The translations under genes were made by a program, and so were the position numbers. The notes under the pieces were generated by a model. The model was not told where the DNA came from, searched no databases, and was given only the letters and a program-made list of their open reading frames with translations. Source: Carcharhinus amblyrhynchos (taxonomy: Eukaryota). From it: DNA of 64,000 nt. The stretch spans positions 45,756,001-45,820,000 of the forward strand of contig OZ336884.1 in the NCBI GenBank assembly GCA_965287045.1, read 5' to 3'. Position 1 is the first letter of the stretch. Every line of letters starts with the position of its first letter. Shown here piece by piece: positions 13,506 to 25,800 of this stretch.

Positions 13506-14489
13506 CTCCTCTAAAGCTTCATGATTAGGCTCAAGGTCACAAACGTCCCTCTTCCTGCTGCTTTTTTATCTCAACATTTATCATAGGGGAACTGCAAAAA
13601 AAAGCATCAACATTTTGGTGTTACAGGTCTTTGATGAGTTAGTCAAATCAATCTTTGTTTTCTCTTCTGAAATTTCTAGCATCACGAGTCAGGTTTTAAA
13701 CAAAAACATTGCTACAAATCAAATAAACTGATTTTTCATATTTCACATAATTAAATTTGGCAATTGACTTGCATATTATGTCTGAAAGTTGGAGGACTCG
13801 ACCTTTCCCAAATACTGAGAAACGAATGAAACACAAGACAGGTCCACAATAACCCTAAACAATGCACTTGCCAAATTGTTACTTCTGCCACCTGCAAGCT
13901 GACAAGTAAAATATCAACATTGTAAACGTGGAAAATGTGCAAAAGTTTTTCAAATCAGTTCATCTGATGGATAAAAGGATCAAGTACATTTCACAATATT
14001 GAAAGAGTAGCCTCGTATGATAATAATATGTAAATGTTTTATCTTTTTCCCTTGCTCTTATGTATTTAATCTGGACATCTATTAAGGTGCCAGTTCTGAA
14101 GTATTTTTGAGTACTCTTGGGGGGCAGCGGGAGGGGAGGGTGGGTATGGACACTTGGTTGCATTCCAATTGCCTAATCATTTTGCAGGCACTTGGGTCTA
14201 TTTTACACGGGTAGTTGAAGAGCCTGATTTTTTACTTGTAGAATTTTATGGGCTATTCAACCACTTCTTACTGTGATAGTATGACTTATAAGTTCTGCGC
14301 ACAAAGTAGATAATATATCAGGAGAGCAAAGGCGAAGGAGTGAGGTGCTAGATTGTGGACAATCGTGGTGGTAGTGGTTTGGGGGGGGGGGTGCGGTGGT
14401 GCAGGACAGTTTGAATGTGGTCAGAAGATTCAACTGCTCACAGATGATAGATGAGGCACTAATTAAATCAGAAGGATTGGGATGAAGTA

Positions 14490-14523
14490 TTTTAGAAACA
14501 AAGTAGTTTTAGAAACAAAGTAG
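14490..14523. repeat. 17-bp tandem duplication ttttagaaacaaagtag x2
   Basis: Exact adjacent copies at 14490-14506 and 14507-14523. Confidence 0.9.
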
Positions 14524-14683
14524 GATTTTTATCTGCTTGTTCTGGACTCGGCCTGCCTCCATTTCCACCTCAGCCCTGCCACTTCCAGGGACATGTCTAT
14601 CTACAGGCCACTGTGGGTTTCAATACCCTGGAAAATTCCATCTCCTGGTAGTCTAGGAGGTGCGACTGGACAAATTAAATTTT

Positions 14684-14965
14684 AAAGTGAAGTTTATTTG
14701 TTGGTCACAAGTATGGCTTATATTGACACTGCAATGAAGTTACTGTGAAATTCTCCTGGCCACCACAAGCTGGTGCCTGTTGAGGTCAATATCCCTAACC
14801 AGCATGTCTTTCAGAATGTGAGAGGAAACTGGAACACCTGGAGGAAACCCATGCAGACATGGGGAGAACGTGCAAACTCTACGCAGATGGTGACTCAAGC
14901 CAGGAATCAAATCCAGGCCCCTGGTGCTGTGAAGCAGCAGTGTTAACCACTGTGCTACCCTGCCA
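14684..14965 (-). mobile_element. V-SINE (HE1-like, ttcacagtaac-type tail)
   Basis: Reverse-complement homolog of 2570-2857 (ggaggaaacccatgcagacatggggagaacgtgcaaactc; gcagtgttaaccactgtgc). Confidence 0.85.
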
Positions 14966-14984
14966 CTCCTTAAGTAACAACTAT

Positions 14985-15428
14985 ACTGTAATGGATGAAT
15001 TCCTGGAGTGAGTTTGAGATTTACTTTTGGACTAGTGTGTTGAGGAACAAACTTGGAAACATGCTCTCTTAGATTTAGTATTATGCAATGAGAAAAGGTT
15101 AACTAGTAATCTTATTGTATGAGGTCTTTAGGGATCAGTGATCATAACATGATAGAATTCTTCAGTAGGATGGAAAATGAAGAAGTCCAATCTGAATCAA
15201 GAATAGAGGAAGCTATAAAACTCAACAGTTCTAGCAACATCTGTAAGGAGAGAAAACAGTTAACAAATCTGAAACTAATCCAATGTGAAACTGGGATCCT
15301 AAATCTATACAAAAGGTTTCAAAAGTATAGGAGTATGATTTTGAGAAAGAGGATGAACTACGATCATATTGAATGGTGGAACAGGCTCAAAAGGCCAAAT
15401 AGCTTCCTCCAGCTCCTGTTTTCTATAT
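14985..15428 (+). mobile_element. CR1 fragments (endonuclease end plus 3' UTR)
   Basis: LDLVLCNE...LGISDHNMIEF is the CR1 APE endonuclease SDH motif. 3' UTR gatcatattgaatggtggaacaggctc...ctcctgttttctat. Confidence 0.75.
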
Positions 15429-15792
15429 TTCTAAAAATGAAATATACAGGTAAAGGACATTCATTTATATATTTTATATATAATTTGTATATATACCTGC
15501 ATAGTTTGATAAAATGGATAGAACCATATAGTACCAACCCCAAAGAATATGAAAAATTCTCAAATACTTGAGTAATAAAAATGGAACTGTACTTAGCTAT
15601 TGAAAAACATTGACTTGAATGTTATCGCCTACATGATGTACACACCTCTATTGTTCGAAGACAGTATAGTCCACCCACTTGCTGTATGCTAATTGCTTGT
15701 GGGTTAATGGTATTGTTAGATCAATGATAGAATAATTTCACATTCAAATGCATTAAACTACTGAGCCCATGACCATTAAATTCTAGGATAAT

Positions 15793-15915
15793 GGGCAGGA
15801 TTTTACAACCTCGACCTGAAACCATAAAATCCCACCTGAGGTCAATGGATCTTTCCATTGTCCACTGCTCACCCGCTCTGATTCATGTGGTAGGCGGGGC
15901 AGTAAAATTCCAGCC
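15793..15915 (+). mobile_element. MITE with imperfect TIRs
   Basis: gggcaggattttac ... gtaaaattccagcc; internal sequence shared with the 3508 and 1050 copies. Confidence 0.65.
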
Positions 15916-17559
15916 ATAGTGTTTGATGAAGTATGAACATTTTCTGGTGGTTGCCTATGCAAATAGGATGCTCCTACACTAAGATTGCCTATGAAGACAA
16001 CAATATAGTGGCATTCCTTGCAAATGGCGGTACAAACAGTAATTTATTTACTGATTGGAAATTTGTGAGCACTGATAGTTCTGCAAGTCTGAAAATAGCA
16101 AGCAGACAGCTGGAAAAGGAACATTACAACATTAAGCACAGAGACATTAGCATGATCACCCGGTAGGGTACTAACATCTACAGAAGTGTAGTCAATAACA
16201 TTTGTTTAGAAACATAAAACATTAAATGACCTAACAATCTCCGTAAACACACATTTGGACTTTGCTGCATCAGTGAGCCACAAGTTTGACTTTACAAACA
16301 AGCTCATCTGTAAATAAACATTTCAGTAGCTTCCAGCAAAACAGATTAAATACACAACTAAAAAGGGCTTCCAATTAATGCACATTATCCGACATAAGTG
16401 TGGAATAGACCAGTTCATTGGACACACACCATATCAAGGCCACATACATTTTAAAAGGTTTCATTCACCTAATAGCCCTTTTAATGTAAAGCTTTGTTTT
16501 GCAACAAGGTTGAACTTTCACATCTACATTTCTTGATGCAGTGAAACTGCCCTAGTTACATAAACCATTGTTGTATGCACATAAGAAATTTGCATGCAAT
16601 ACATATGTGTGCACAGAATCCTTATATCATTTCACTCGTTTTTTTTTAATGGCAGCAGGTGGTGGGAAATAAATCTATCAATTTTTATTTTTTTCAAAAC
16701 AGCTCATAATTTTACTCCATTCGGGCAATTACTACTCCTGGAGCCAATTCCACTTGTTTATACTTGAATTCTTCACAGCAAGAATGCAGAAAGAACAATA
16801 TCTAAGAATTCACACTTTATATAATTTTACACATGCCACAGGCACAGCAAAGCAGCAATGTGACACCAGGGGTGGAAAGAACACAAAACAAGCTTTATTT
16901 ATCACTAACAGCGCAGTACTATAGTGTCAGTTACAGAATACTATAGCTAACGATTGCCAACCAGACCAGCTGCTGTTATAATAAGGCCTAATTTTACAAT
17001 CTGCCTAAATGTCTCAGCAATACCTCGGTTATAAATTGCCTCTCACGCTAGAATTAAAATTGCACCAAAAGCAGTTTTACTGAGCCAGAATTTTTTGTTT
17101 TGTACTTCTTACTCAGCAACAAAATGGACAATTCTAAATGAGAGGCCACATTTTCGTCTGATTGTGTCAAATGAAAATTTGATCTTTCATTAAATGTCAA
17201 ACCTACTAATAAAATCCCATTAACAAGTGGCTTACAGCTGGGCCATTCCCAACAACATGCTCGTAAAAAATGAAAAGAAATCATCAAGTCCATGCAATAT
17301 CATCATACCTAAATGGTGAACAATCCACTTAGCTTCTATAAATTTTGTTAAGCTTTTTCGTCCTTTAACACTGTTACCATTGGTCCATAGGTTTTGCACA
17401 ATGAAAAATCCATTATATGGACTCAGTCTGTACAGTGGAGGCACACAAAAAATTGAGGGGAGAAAATGGGTACAAACAACATGAAGAACAGCAGTAGAGA
17501 ATGGAGAAAACAGAAAGACCCTGAATTTGGATAGCTGATTTCTCAGTGGTGCAAAAACA

Positions 17560-17835
17560 ACCAAATACTTTTGAAATGAAGCTGTAATGTAGGAAAATGT
17601 AGCAGCTAACTTGCATGTAGCAAGATCTCAATACATCGTCACGAATACCAAACAATGTATTTTTGGCAGTACTTGAGGGATAATTATTTGCTAAGATACA
17701 TGAAGAATTTTCTTGCACTTCTTCAAATAGTGCCATAGGATATTTTGCATCAATTAAAAAGTAGAGAGAATTCAGGATTTCATCCGAAAGGTAACACTTC
17801 AGAGAACGTTACATTCCCTCGGTAGCCGAAACTAT
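17560..17835 (-). mobile_element. Deu-domain SINE relic (SacSINE1/AmnSINE1 superfamily)
   Basis: cttcttcaaatagtgccataggatattttgcatc and catccgaaagg are the reverse of the Deu core (…GATCCCATGGCACTATT.GAAGAAG; CTTTCGGATG). Confidence 0.7.
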
Positions 17836-18046
17836 GGGCTGAATTTTTGTCTTCCAAGGTTGAACAAACTGATAATATACAATAGGACAATGAAATGGAA
17901 GGCATGCAGGGCCACGATTTTAACTTTTTCCAGTGACTTCTGCCATTTTCATTGGCTCAAGAAATATGGCAGATTATTGTCCCATTGTATTAAGTCTCAA
18001 GAGCAAGGCTTGAACCCATGACTTCCGACTCAAGAGAAAATATGAG

Positions 18047-18131
18047 CTCTGATGAAGGGTCATGTAGATGCAAAACGTTGGCTCGATTCTCTCCCCACGG
18101 ATTCTATCAGATCTATTGAGATTTTTCTGTT
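18047..18131 (+). mobile_element. PLE-like 3' end with decayed hammerhead motif (second family)
   Basis: CTGATGA-agggtc-atgta-gatgc-AAAAcgtt followed by the tail seen at 5227. The GAAA core is mutated. Confidence 0.55.
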
Positions 18132-19009
18132 TACGTGTGAGAGAGTGCAAGCATTCAGTCAAGAGTGACACTTGATAACATAGCCTAATATTTACTAATT
18201 AGAAGTTTTGTTGCAGCATTCTTGTTAGTAGGTGTCACATGGTGATTAATAACATAGCTCAACGCAACACAGTTTAAATGTTCCCACTGTATATTTGTAA
18301 TAACAACTGTGCTGTGTAAAACCTTTTAATGAGAAGGTTGCGGACACCCCTGAACTAATATATTGCTGGCGCAAGACAAATTATATGAAATGATTCCCCA
18401 CAGAAAGGATGGGGTGGGCGGGGAAAGAAAATCTGAAGAGGTTCTCCAGGCCCCATCTAAGCACTGCCTTGGCATGAGCAAAAGGAAATAAACAAATCAT
18501 TTACTCACCCTTTCCTGCTGAAAATTCTACACGTCATTCTGATTCAACCCAAACTGATGAGAAGTGAAAAAAAGGGAACAAAATCATAATGAAGTTTCCC
18601 ATCGATTCTTTCCTGTGGATTAGCAATTTAAATTTATGGCACTGTGGTCTGATAAATTGCTTGATTTGAACAATACTAAATTTGTCAACCATTCTACAAT
18701 TGCAGGCACAGAAAGCTGAGCTGTGTACCCCATCAGTGATTCATGGGAAGTGGCCTAGACTGATGGCAGTAATGAGGTTGGGTTTAGAGCCAATTTACAA
18801 GAAGAAATTCTTGCAAGAAAGCACAGGTGCTTCAAAAAAAAAATGTGGGTTTTCCAGCATTGAAAGAGTACCTAAGACTTGGCAACAGTGGTAAATGATC
18901 TTAGTTTAGCATAGGTAGAGGTAAATCAAAAGTGACAGTAGGGGTTTGGTGGGGTTAAGTGGATGTACACAGATTGGCATGAATTTACCAACACATCTAG
19001 TGATAATAG

Positions 19010-19181
19010 CTGTAGATAGGGTATCATGTAGATGCTTTCATGATGCAAGTTCATAAGGAGTCATGTGTCGCTAGGATGGAACTTCTCCCCAGAGCATGGC
19101 AGAGTGGGCTGCTCAGAATATTCAAGAAATTGTATTGTTCTAAGCGCTTGGTCACCAGTCAATGGAACCACCACTCCTACA
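19010..19181 (+). repeat. 5' LTR (3' portion) of the Gypsy element
   Basis: ggagtcatgtgtcgctaggatgg and ttgttctaagcgcttggtcaccagtcaatggaacc align to 22697-22810. Ends CA immediately before the PBS. Confidence 0.75.
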
Positions 19182-19197
19182 TGGCGTCAGAAGTTGG
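19182..19197 (+). promoter_or_regulatory. Primer-binding site, tRNA-Leu type
   Basis: TGGCGTCAGAAGTTGG directly after LTR ...CA; close to TGGTGTCAGAAGTGGG, the complement of a tRNA-Leu 3' end. Confidence 0.75.
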
Positions 19198-19199
19198 CA

Positions 19200-22000
19200 A
19201 AATGGGACAGGGACTTCACTGCATTGACTCAATCATGTTTGACAAAAACATTGTGGGCAACTGAGCAAAGTTTGAAGACAATTGGCACATACACTGTGCT
19301 GTGGCTCTATCAAACAAATTCAAAAAGGTCCAGACATATAATTACCAAACTTAGCGGACCTCAAGGCTGTCGAGTAATTTGAAACTTCTGTTTGCCAAAT
19401 GGAGGAGGAGAAGGAGGACTCTGAAATATTGTTAAAAGAGTTTCAGAACATTTGCTTGCTTGATAGATAGGAGTTTAAGACTGTCAAACCACAGAGCCTC
19501 CAGCAACACTTCACTGAGAGAGTAATGACACCATCATGGAAGAGTATGATTTCACCGCCTTGAACATCGTATGCATCAACGCAAAAGCTAAAAGTAAAGA
19601 CTGACACTGGAGAAAAGTGCAGTCTTAAGTAACCCAGCAAATGTTGCAGGAATGAGACCCATATGCAGCATCAGATCCCAACACCCAAGTAGACCTCGTG
19701 TCATATGCGCAGGGAAGATGTGACTACTCTCCATTGCACACAGGGCAGCTTCAAGTTTCCAAATGTCGACCAGAACATGAGACCACAGTTCGGTCTACTG
19801 AGCGGCATCACACTGAGTCCAATCCACATTGATCCAGATGCACATCAGGCCCCATAAACAACAGAATATAAAGATTGTGATGCCATTGGGAAGCTACTGG
19901 TAATATATCATAGGCTAGATGATTCACACCAGCAGTCTGTGTTCCGAGAAGAGTATCCTTAGTTACGAAGCAGAAGGTATTCAATAACTTGCATTAGATG
20001 ATAACATTGTGTGTCATAACTCGCATTGTTGAGGCCACAGTGTGGGTTTCAGCAATGGTAGCTGCAGTAAAGAAAGATGGCTCAGTCAGGATTAGCATCA
20101 ACACAGTGCACTGCTCAGGCCTGATCGCCCTATGAAGATGGTTGAAAAGGTTATAGCTGACATGCCCAGTGCCAAGGTTTTCAAAATCTTGGATGCGAAA
20201 TGTTGGTTCTAGCAAATTTAGCTAGATGAAGAATCCTTGAAACTCATTATGTTCATGTCTCTCATAGGCAGATATAATTTTCTTTGCATACCCTATAGAA
20301 CCTCCACTGGCAACAAGTCAGCTCCTCCAACAAATTGTTGAATGGTGTTGGCAGGAGCACTGTACAGCAGTCTTCAACAGGATCAAACCGTAATTTTCAG
20401 CCCCACCTGTGCTGATGTCCAAGCACCTGTTCCCCTATCGGCAGACATCTCCAAAAATGGAGATGGTGCAGTCTGTGTCTAAAATAGCTGACCAGAAGTT
20501 TTTGCATCAAGGGCCCTTATTGATACAGAGCCATTATGCTCAGATCGAGAAGGCACTCCCCTCACCCAAGTTTTTCCTCCTGTCAGAAATTCAATGACTT
20601 AATCTATGTCCAATCAATAATGAAACTGATCAACAGCGAGTCATAGCTATTCAAAATAAAGCTTTTTTCAAATTGTGTCTGCATGGCTGCTAAAGCTACA
20701 ATGCTACAATCTCAATGTTATCTACAAACATGGTAAGGAGTTATACCTGGCTGATACCCTTTCCAGACCCTTTCTACTCACAAGGCAGATCATGAGAAGG
20801 ACACTGACATCATGTCTATCGAGATGCTTTCCTCTTTTTGAATCCAGAAACTCAAGGATGCCCAACAACCAGATCTCACATGCAGACAGCTTCACGATGT
20901 CTTCATGAAAAGCTAACCTGTGTACTCAACTGAGCGTCACCATGACTTCGACATATTCCTCAAAGATAAATGAGCAGACAAGATGAACTGACACAGCATG
21001 ACTAATAATTTGTTATCCCCACCTCTTTACAGAGGTAATTTACCCAGCAACTCAGCCAAGGACACCCAGAGTTTGAAATAAGCAGATACAAGGCAAAGGA
21101 ATCATTATGCTGGCCATCCATGTATGCTGATATGGACAGGTAAATACCCAGATCTATATCATGCAATGCAAACAAGCCACATCAAGCCAATGAGCCACTG
21201 CACCAACATGAAGCCCTGGATCTCCTATGGTCACTGACAGTAAGTGACATTATCAAATGGAATCGTGACTAGCAATTGGCGCTAGTTGACTCGTATTCTG
21301 TAAAGTTAAAGTAAATTTATTAGTCACAAGTAAGACTTACATTAACACTGCAGTGAAATTACTGTGAAATTCCCCTAGTTGCCACATTCTAGTGCATGTT
21401 TGGGTCAATGCACCTAACCAGCATGTGTTTCAGTCTGTGGGAGGAAACCGGAGCATCTGGAGGAAACCCATGCAGACATGGGGAGAACGTGCAAACTCCA
21501 CACAGAGAGTGACCCAAGTCAGGAATCGAACCCAGGTCCCTGGTGCTAAGAGACAACAGTGTGAACCACTGTGCCATCGTGCTGCCCAAGGTGGTTTCAA
21601 TTCGACTAACTGACAGACATGAAGAGCAACGTGACCAAGAATTAAGCTCAAGAAACATTTTACCACACAAGGCATCTTGCAGAGGATAATGATGGGGAAT
21701 GCTTGCCAGTCCTAAAGTGACTTTAGGAACACATGGGACACTAAGCACATCAAGAGTAGCCCCCTATACCCACAGTCCAACAATCTGGCAAAATGTGCAT
21801 TATGCTCAGTCAAGCACTGACTTGAGAAATGTACCTGAGATCACACAGGTTACTGTGCTGTACTCTTCACAGTGTGAAATTTGCCAAGACATGGTCTGCT
21901 CTCTTCACCACAGTGACTATTCTTGAGGTGTCCCAGGACCACAACCCCATTGCCAAGGCCCTCTTGCAGCCAAATATCAAAACCAAAATGAGTGGCACCC
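19200..22000 (+). pseudogene. Ty3/Gypsy gag-pol relic (RT, RNase H, integrase) with many stops and frameshifts
   Basis: RT: VITRIVEATVWVSAMVAAVKKDGSVRISIN and FKILDAKCWF*QI*LDEESLKLIMFMSLIGRYNF. RNase H: FASRAL..HYAQIEK and LLKLQCYNLNVIYKHGKELYLADTLSR. IN: QGHPEFE..AKESLCWPSMYADM, LVDSYS, HIKSSPY/PQSNNLAK. Confidence 0.9.
21303..21588 (-). mobile_element. V-SINE (HE1-like) inserted into the Gypsy integrase
   Basis: Full SINE in reverse (ggaatcgaacccagg B-box; aaccactgtgccatcgtgctgccc head). Integrase sequence continues on both sides. Confidence 0.9.
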
Positions 22001-22477
22001 TAATGGAGTCCTGACTAAGAGAGAAAAGGGTACTTTGGTCACAGTGCTCCCAGACTCTGCCCTTTAATACCTGGTCAGGTGGTCAGGGTCCAGATCTCAT
22101 GTGTCCACCACAAATGGGTGTTGGTAAATAGCCATGCCCCAAAGCCAAACAGTAAAGTGGAAGCCTCGGACAGTGCCCGACACGTACAACATTGGTGTTA
22201 CCTACTGCAGATCTATGAACTAGCAGCATTAAGCACTACAGCACTCCAGGTATCCAGCCTAAAATCAAGGCTCCTTTATGCTGCCAAAGACTAATGTAGC
22301 ACACCCTGCTGCCACCTAGTACTCCACAAGGATGCCTGATGCCACCCACACTACGGACACTAGTCCATGAGTATCTCTAGCATAGCCAATTGTCACAAAT
22401 ATACCCTCAGCACACTAAACAAAAATAAGGTTCCAGGACTCTGTTACCAACTAGTCTGCAACTATTTTTTGTTTTTT

Positions 22478-22494
22478 AAAAAACAGGAAGGAGA
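22478..22494 (+). promoter_or_regulatory. Polypurine tract of the Gypsy element
   Basis: aaaaaacaggaaggaga immediately before the region homologous to the 5' LTR. Confidence 0.65.
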
Positions 22495-22815
22495 CACGAT
22501 GGGCTATGCATCAGCTGCAGCCACCCAGTTCATGTATCACACAATGTAAATAGTTGCTTCTTGTTAGCCTGTTCAATTTGAATGTTTGCATCAGTGACCA
22601 TTCTTGCACACTGTTACAACTCAGTACTAAAGGTTGCTGAATCTTATACGAGGAATATGTAGACTAGGTGGTCATGTGGGTGACGTGCATGCATTAGGGG
22701 TCATGTGTTGGTAGCATGGGAGATCTTCCTGGAACATGGGCAGGCATTCAGCACGCTCAATGTATTTAATGAGTTGTTGTTCTAAGTCCTTAGTCGCCAG
22801 TGATTGGAACCCAGC
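22495..22815 (+). repeat. 3' LTR of the Gypsy element
   Basis: Follows the PPT. ggggtcatgtgttggtagcatggg and ttgttctaagtccttagtcgccagtgattggaacc are homologous to the 5' LTR. Confidence 0.75.
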
Positions 22816-25800
22816 CAAGTTCAATAGCCAAGTCAGTAACACTGTTAATTGTTATGGCAACACAAGAGACTACAAAATGACCAGGAGAATTGGTGCAAGA
22901 ATGATAATCAGCACACTAAAACATCACAAGAATGTGAAGTTGTTATAGAGGTGGCAACTACAGTATATACTGCCAGACTAAATGCATATCAGAAGGAATA
23001 GAAGCACTCAAACTTGCAGTAGTTTTGCAAGCAATCTTGTAAAGTTCTAAGTCTGTTCAATTAGTTAATTTTAATCTATGTATTATGTGCTTGTTACAGT
23101 ATAAATTCTATGTTAACTTCTTATGATCAGTTGGCCAAGTAAACAAGAACATGGCTGGAAACAATTAGAAACTACCTTTTAGTTTATTGTTTGTTCTATG
23201 CACTTGAAATTTCCTCACTTGTATTTGAAAAGCAATTATTTTATTGGTTGGTCTAATGTGAGTTGGGAATTTGTGATTGTTTGCTTCCTGATAGATTCTC
23301 CGAATTAGTATGGTTAATTTACTAGGTAGAGCTATTTCAGTAAGGCAGATGCAAAGGCTGCGTGTTTGTGAGAGACTTAAGTGTGATTGATGCATAATAA
23401 TTTGCATGTGAAAGAAATGGAAGAGATGCAAGATTTTTTAATTACATCTATATTTAAGACAAATTAAAAATATTTTTCTTGCTACTGCTGGTTGAGAGGA
23501 AGAGTGAGTTGATAATGTGTCAAAGAATTAACTAATCTTCAATTATCATGTCCTTACTATAGTCGTGCAAGGGCACATGACTCACACTAAAGTGTTACAG
23601 GGTACAAGGGGATACTCTGCAAGACTAAAATAAGTTCACGAGCTATTCATTTTTCCCCAAACTGGATGTAGCATGCTGTATCATACAATTAACATTAATT
23701 CAATAGTTCTGCAACCATCAATTCATGCTACAGAAGCCCTATTTACATAAATTTGTCAAAGTCACTTATGTTATTACACAGTGTTTCATAATTCTGTTGG
23801 TAACATCACTTTTGGAAATATTCTGTTTCTGTCAAGGTTTGTTAAAAATGCTTTTGTTAAGTATATACTGTCAAATCATATCAATATATACTGGTTGTGG
23901 AGCTCCTGGAAGCAGCTGAAATTTTTTTCCATAAACTTACAGTAATCATATCACCATGGTTAATCCATTAGTATGAAAATAATGCATTAAAACTAAAGCT
24001 CACCTGACAGTTGGTTTCCAAAATGATGCCTGCTTTGGGGGAAAAAAACTACATAAAACTGAACCCTTAAAGATATGCATCGACAAAAGAATGACTATGT
24101 AATAATTTTCGGGCTTCAAATGATGGTTGCAGTTAAATAAATTAGACTTTTCTTTTCACGGTTCTTGGTAATCCAAACTTCTCAATCTCAAATCATGCTT
24201 TGATCATTTCAGCTATTGTCTTCTGTTTTGCAATTTAATATCAAATTATGCTGAAAATTCTTCACCCTTGGAAGCAAATATTTGGCAAGGGAATATCCAC
24301 AGTGACATCAGGTAAACCTACAAGCCTTTAAATTATTTTTTCTGTCTTATGCTTATCAAATAGAATGGGAATGTCATCTTATGGTGTGTAGTTTGCTGGT
24401 CACATTTCACAATTGCAAATAATTTGGTCATTAACAGAACATTCAAACAAATGTTCAATTTAGTCAATTAAAAAGCATTAAATCACATAATTAATTTAAA
24501 ATGATAAAAAAAATTCCAGTAACACAGGTACAGAGTGCAGCACTCATTCCACCAAGTTTTTCTGTTCAACCAATTATGTTTATTCTACAAATTGCAATGC
24601 TAATGAAACATGCAACCCAGAACACATGTCAAATGCACATGTCAATTTACAACTGAGAAAGTCTGGCATACGACTGACTAAAGTAAACAGGCAGAATTCA
24701 GCATAATTTCAGTGTCATTTCATTGGCAATCTTATCCATTATTGTGATTCTCAGACAAAAAAAACCCACCTTTTATGAAATACAATATTAAAGTGATATC
24801 CAGGCTGTGTTAGTTAATGGCATAATTAGCTGGTGCACCAATATGCTGTGGCAGAAGGAAAACTATCTTATATAAAGGAATCACAGCCAGTGTCCGATAT
24901 TACCATCAGGGCATAGATAAAAGTTCAAGTGTTTCCCTCTTGGTTGCGAAAAAAAATGGCCTCAGGCGGGAATGGGAATGTGGAATGAATCCTGTTCTGG
25001 TGGCGGGCAAGAAAGCATACCAAATTCTCTGGCCCTGACCTCATAATTATGCACCCAGGTATTTCATGCCAGGGCAGGGCAGGACAGGTCTAGATGGTCT
25101 GCCATTGTATCCCAAGCCAAATTGCAAAGGAATCCAACATCACTGACCCACTATTGAAGAAAGAAGGTGGACTTTCTGAAAATGACAAGCGATGTCTGGG
25201 AACACTCAGGCTGGTAGGTGAATTCCCTGAAAATGCAGATGGATCTCTTGGGACATGATAAGACTAGAAGGTGCACCCCCTCAAGGCCACCTAATCTGCA
25301 CAGTCTAGCAGCCGGCAAATGTACCCCTGACCCACTGCTGTAGTATTCCAAGCGGCCTCCATCCTGAACTCTGGAGGCAGCTATATGCATTATTTAGTTT
25401 AGTCCCAACATCTGCACGTCACGTTTCTAAACGTATTTCACACTGGCCTGTTTTCTCTCTGGCACCATGAAGAATGTGTAAGGGTGGGCATTCATTTGCA
25501 TCCTCTTAATGGGATGCAAATGAGGCCCATGCCAACTTCTAGCAGGTTTTTCGACCTTGCCCAGCACCAGCAGAAGATGAATTCACACAACCCAAAACTA
25601 ATTTCGGGGCTTCTCACCATATTCTCCCACTCTGACTGCCATCAAACATGCCAGTGGGGACTTCCATCCAATATAATCTAAATCCTACTGAGTTGCTTCT
25701 GTTGTCTCAAGCCAATTGGTTGCAAAAACAATGAAGCAGTCACCTGGCTATCAGTCTAGGGATGATAAATATGGCAATAATGAAGTAGAGAGCTGGAAGA

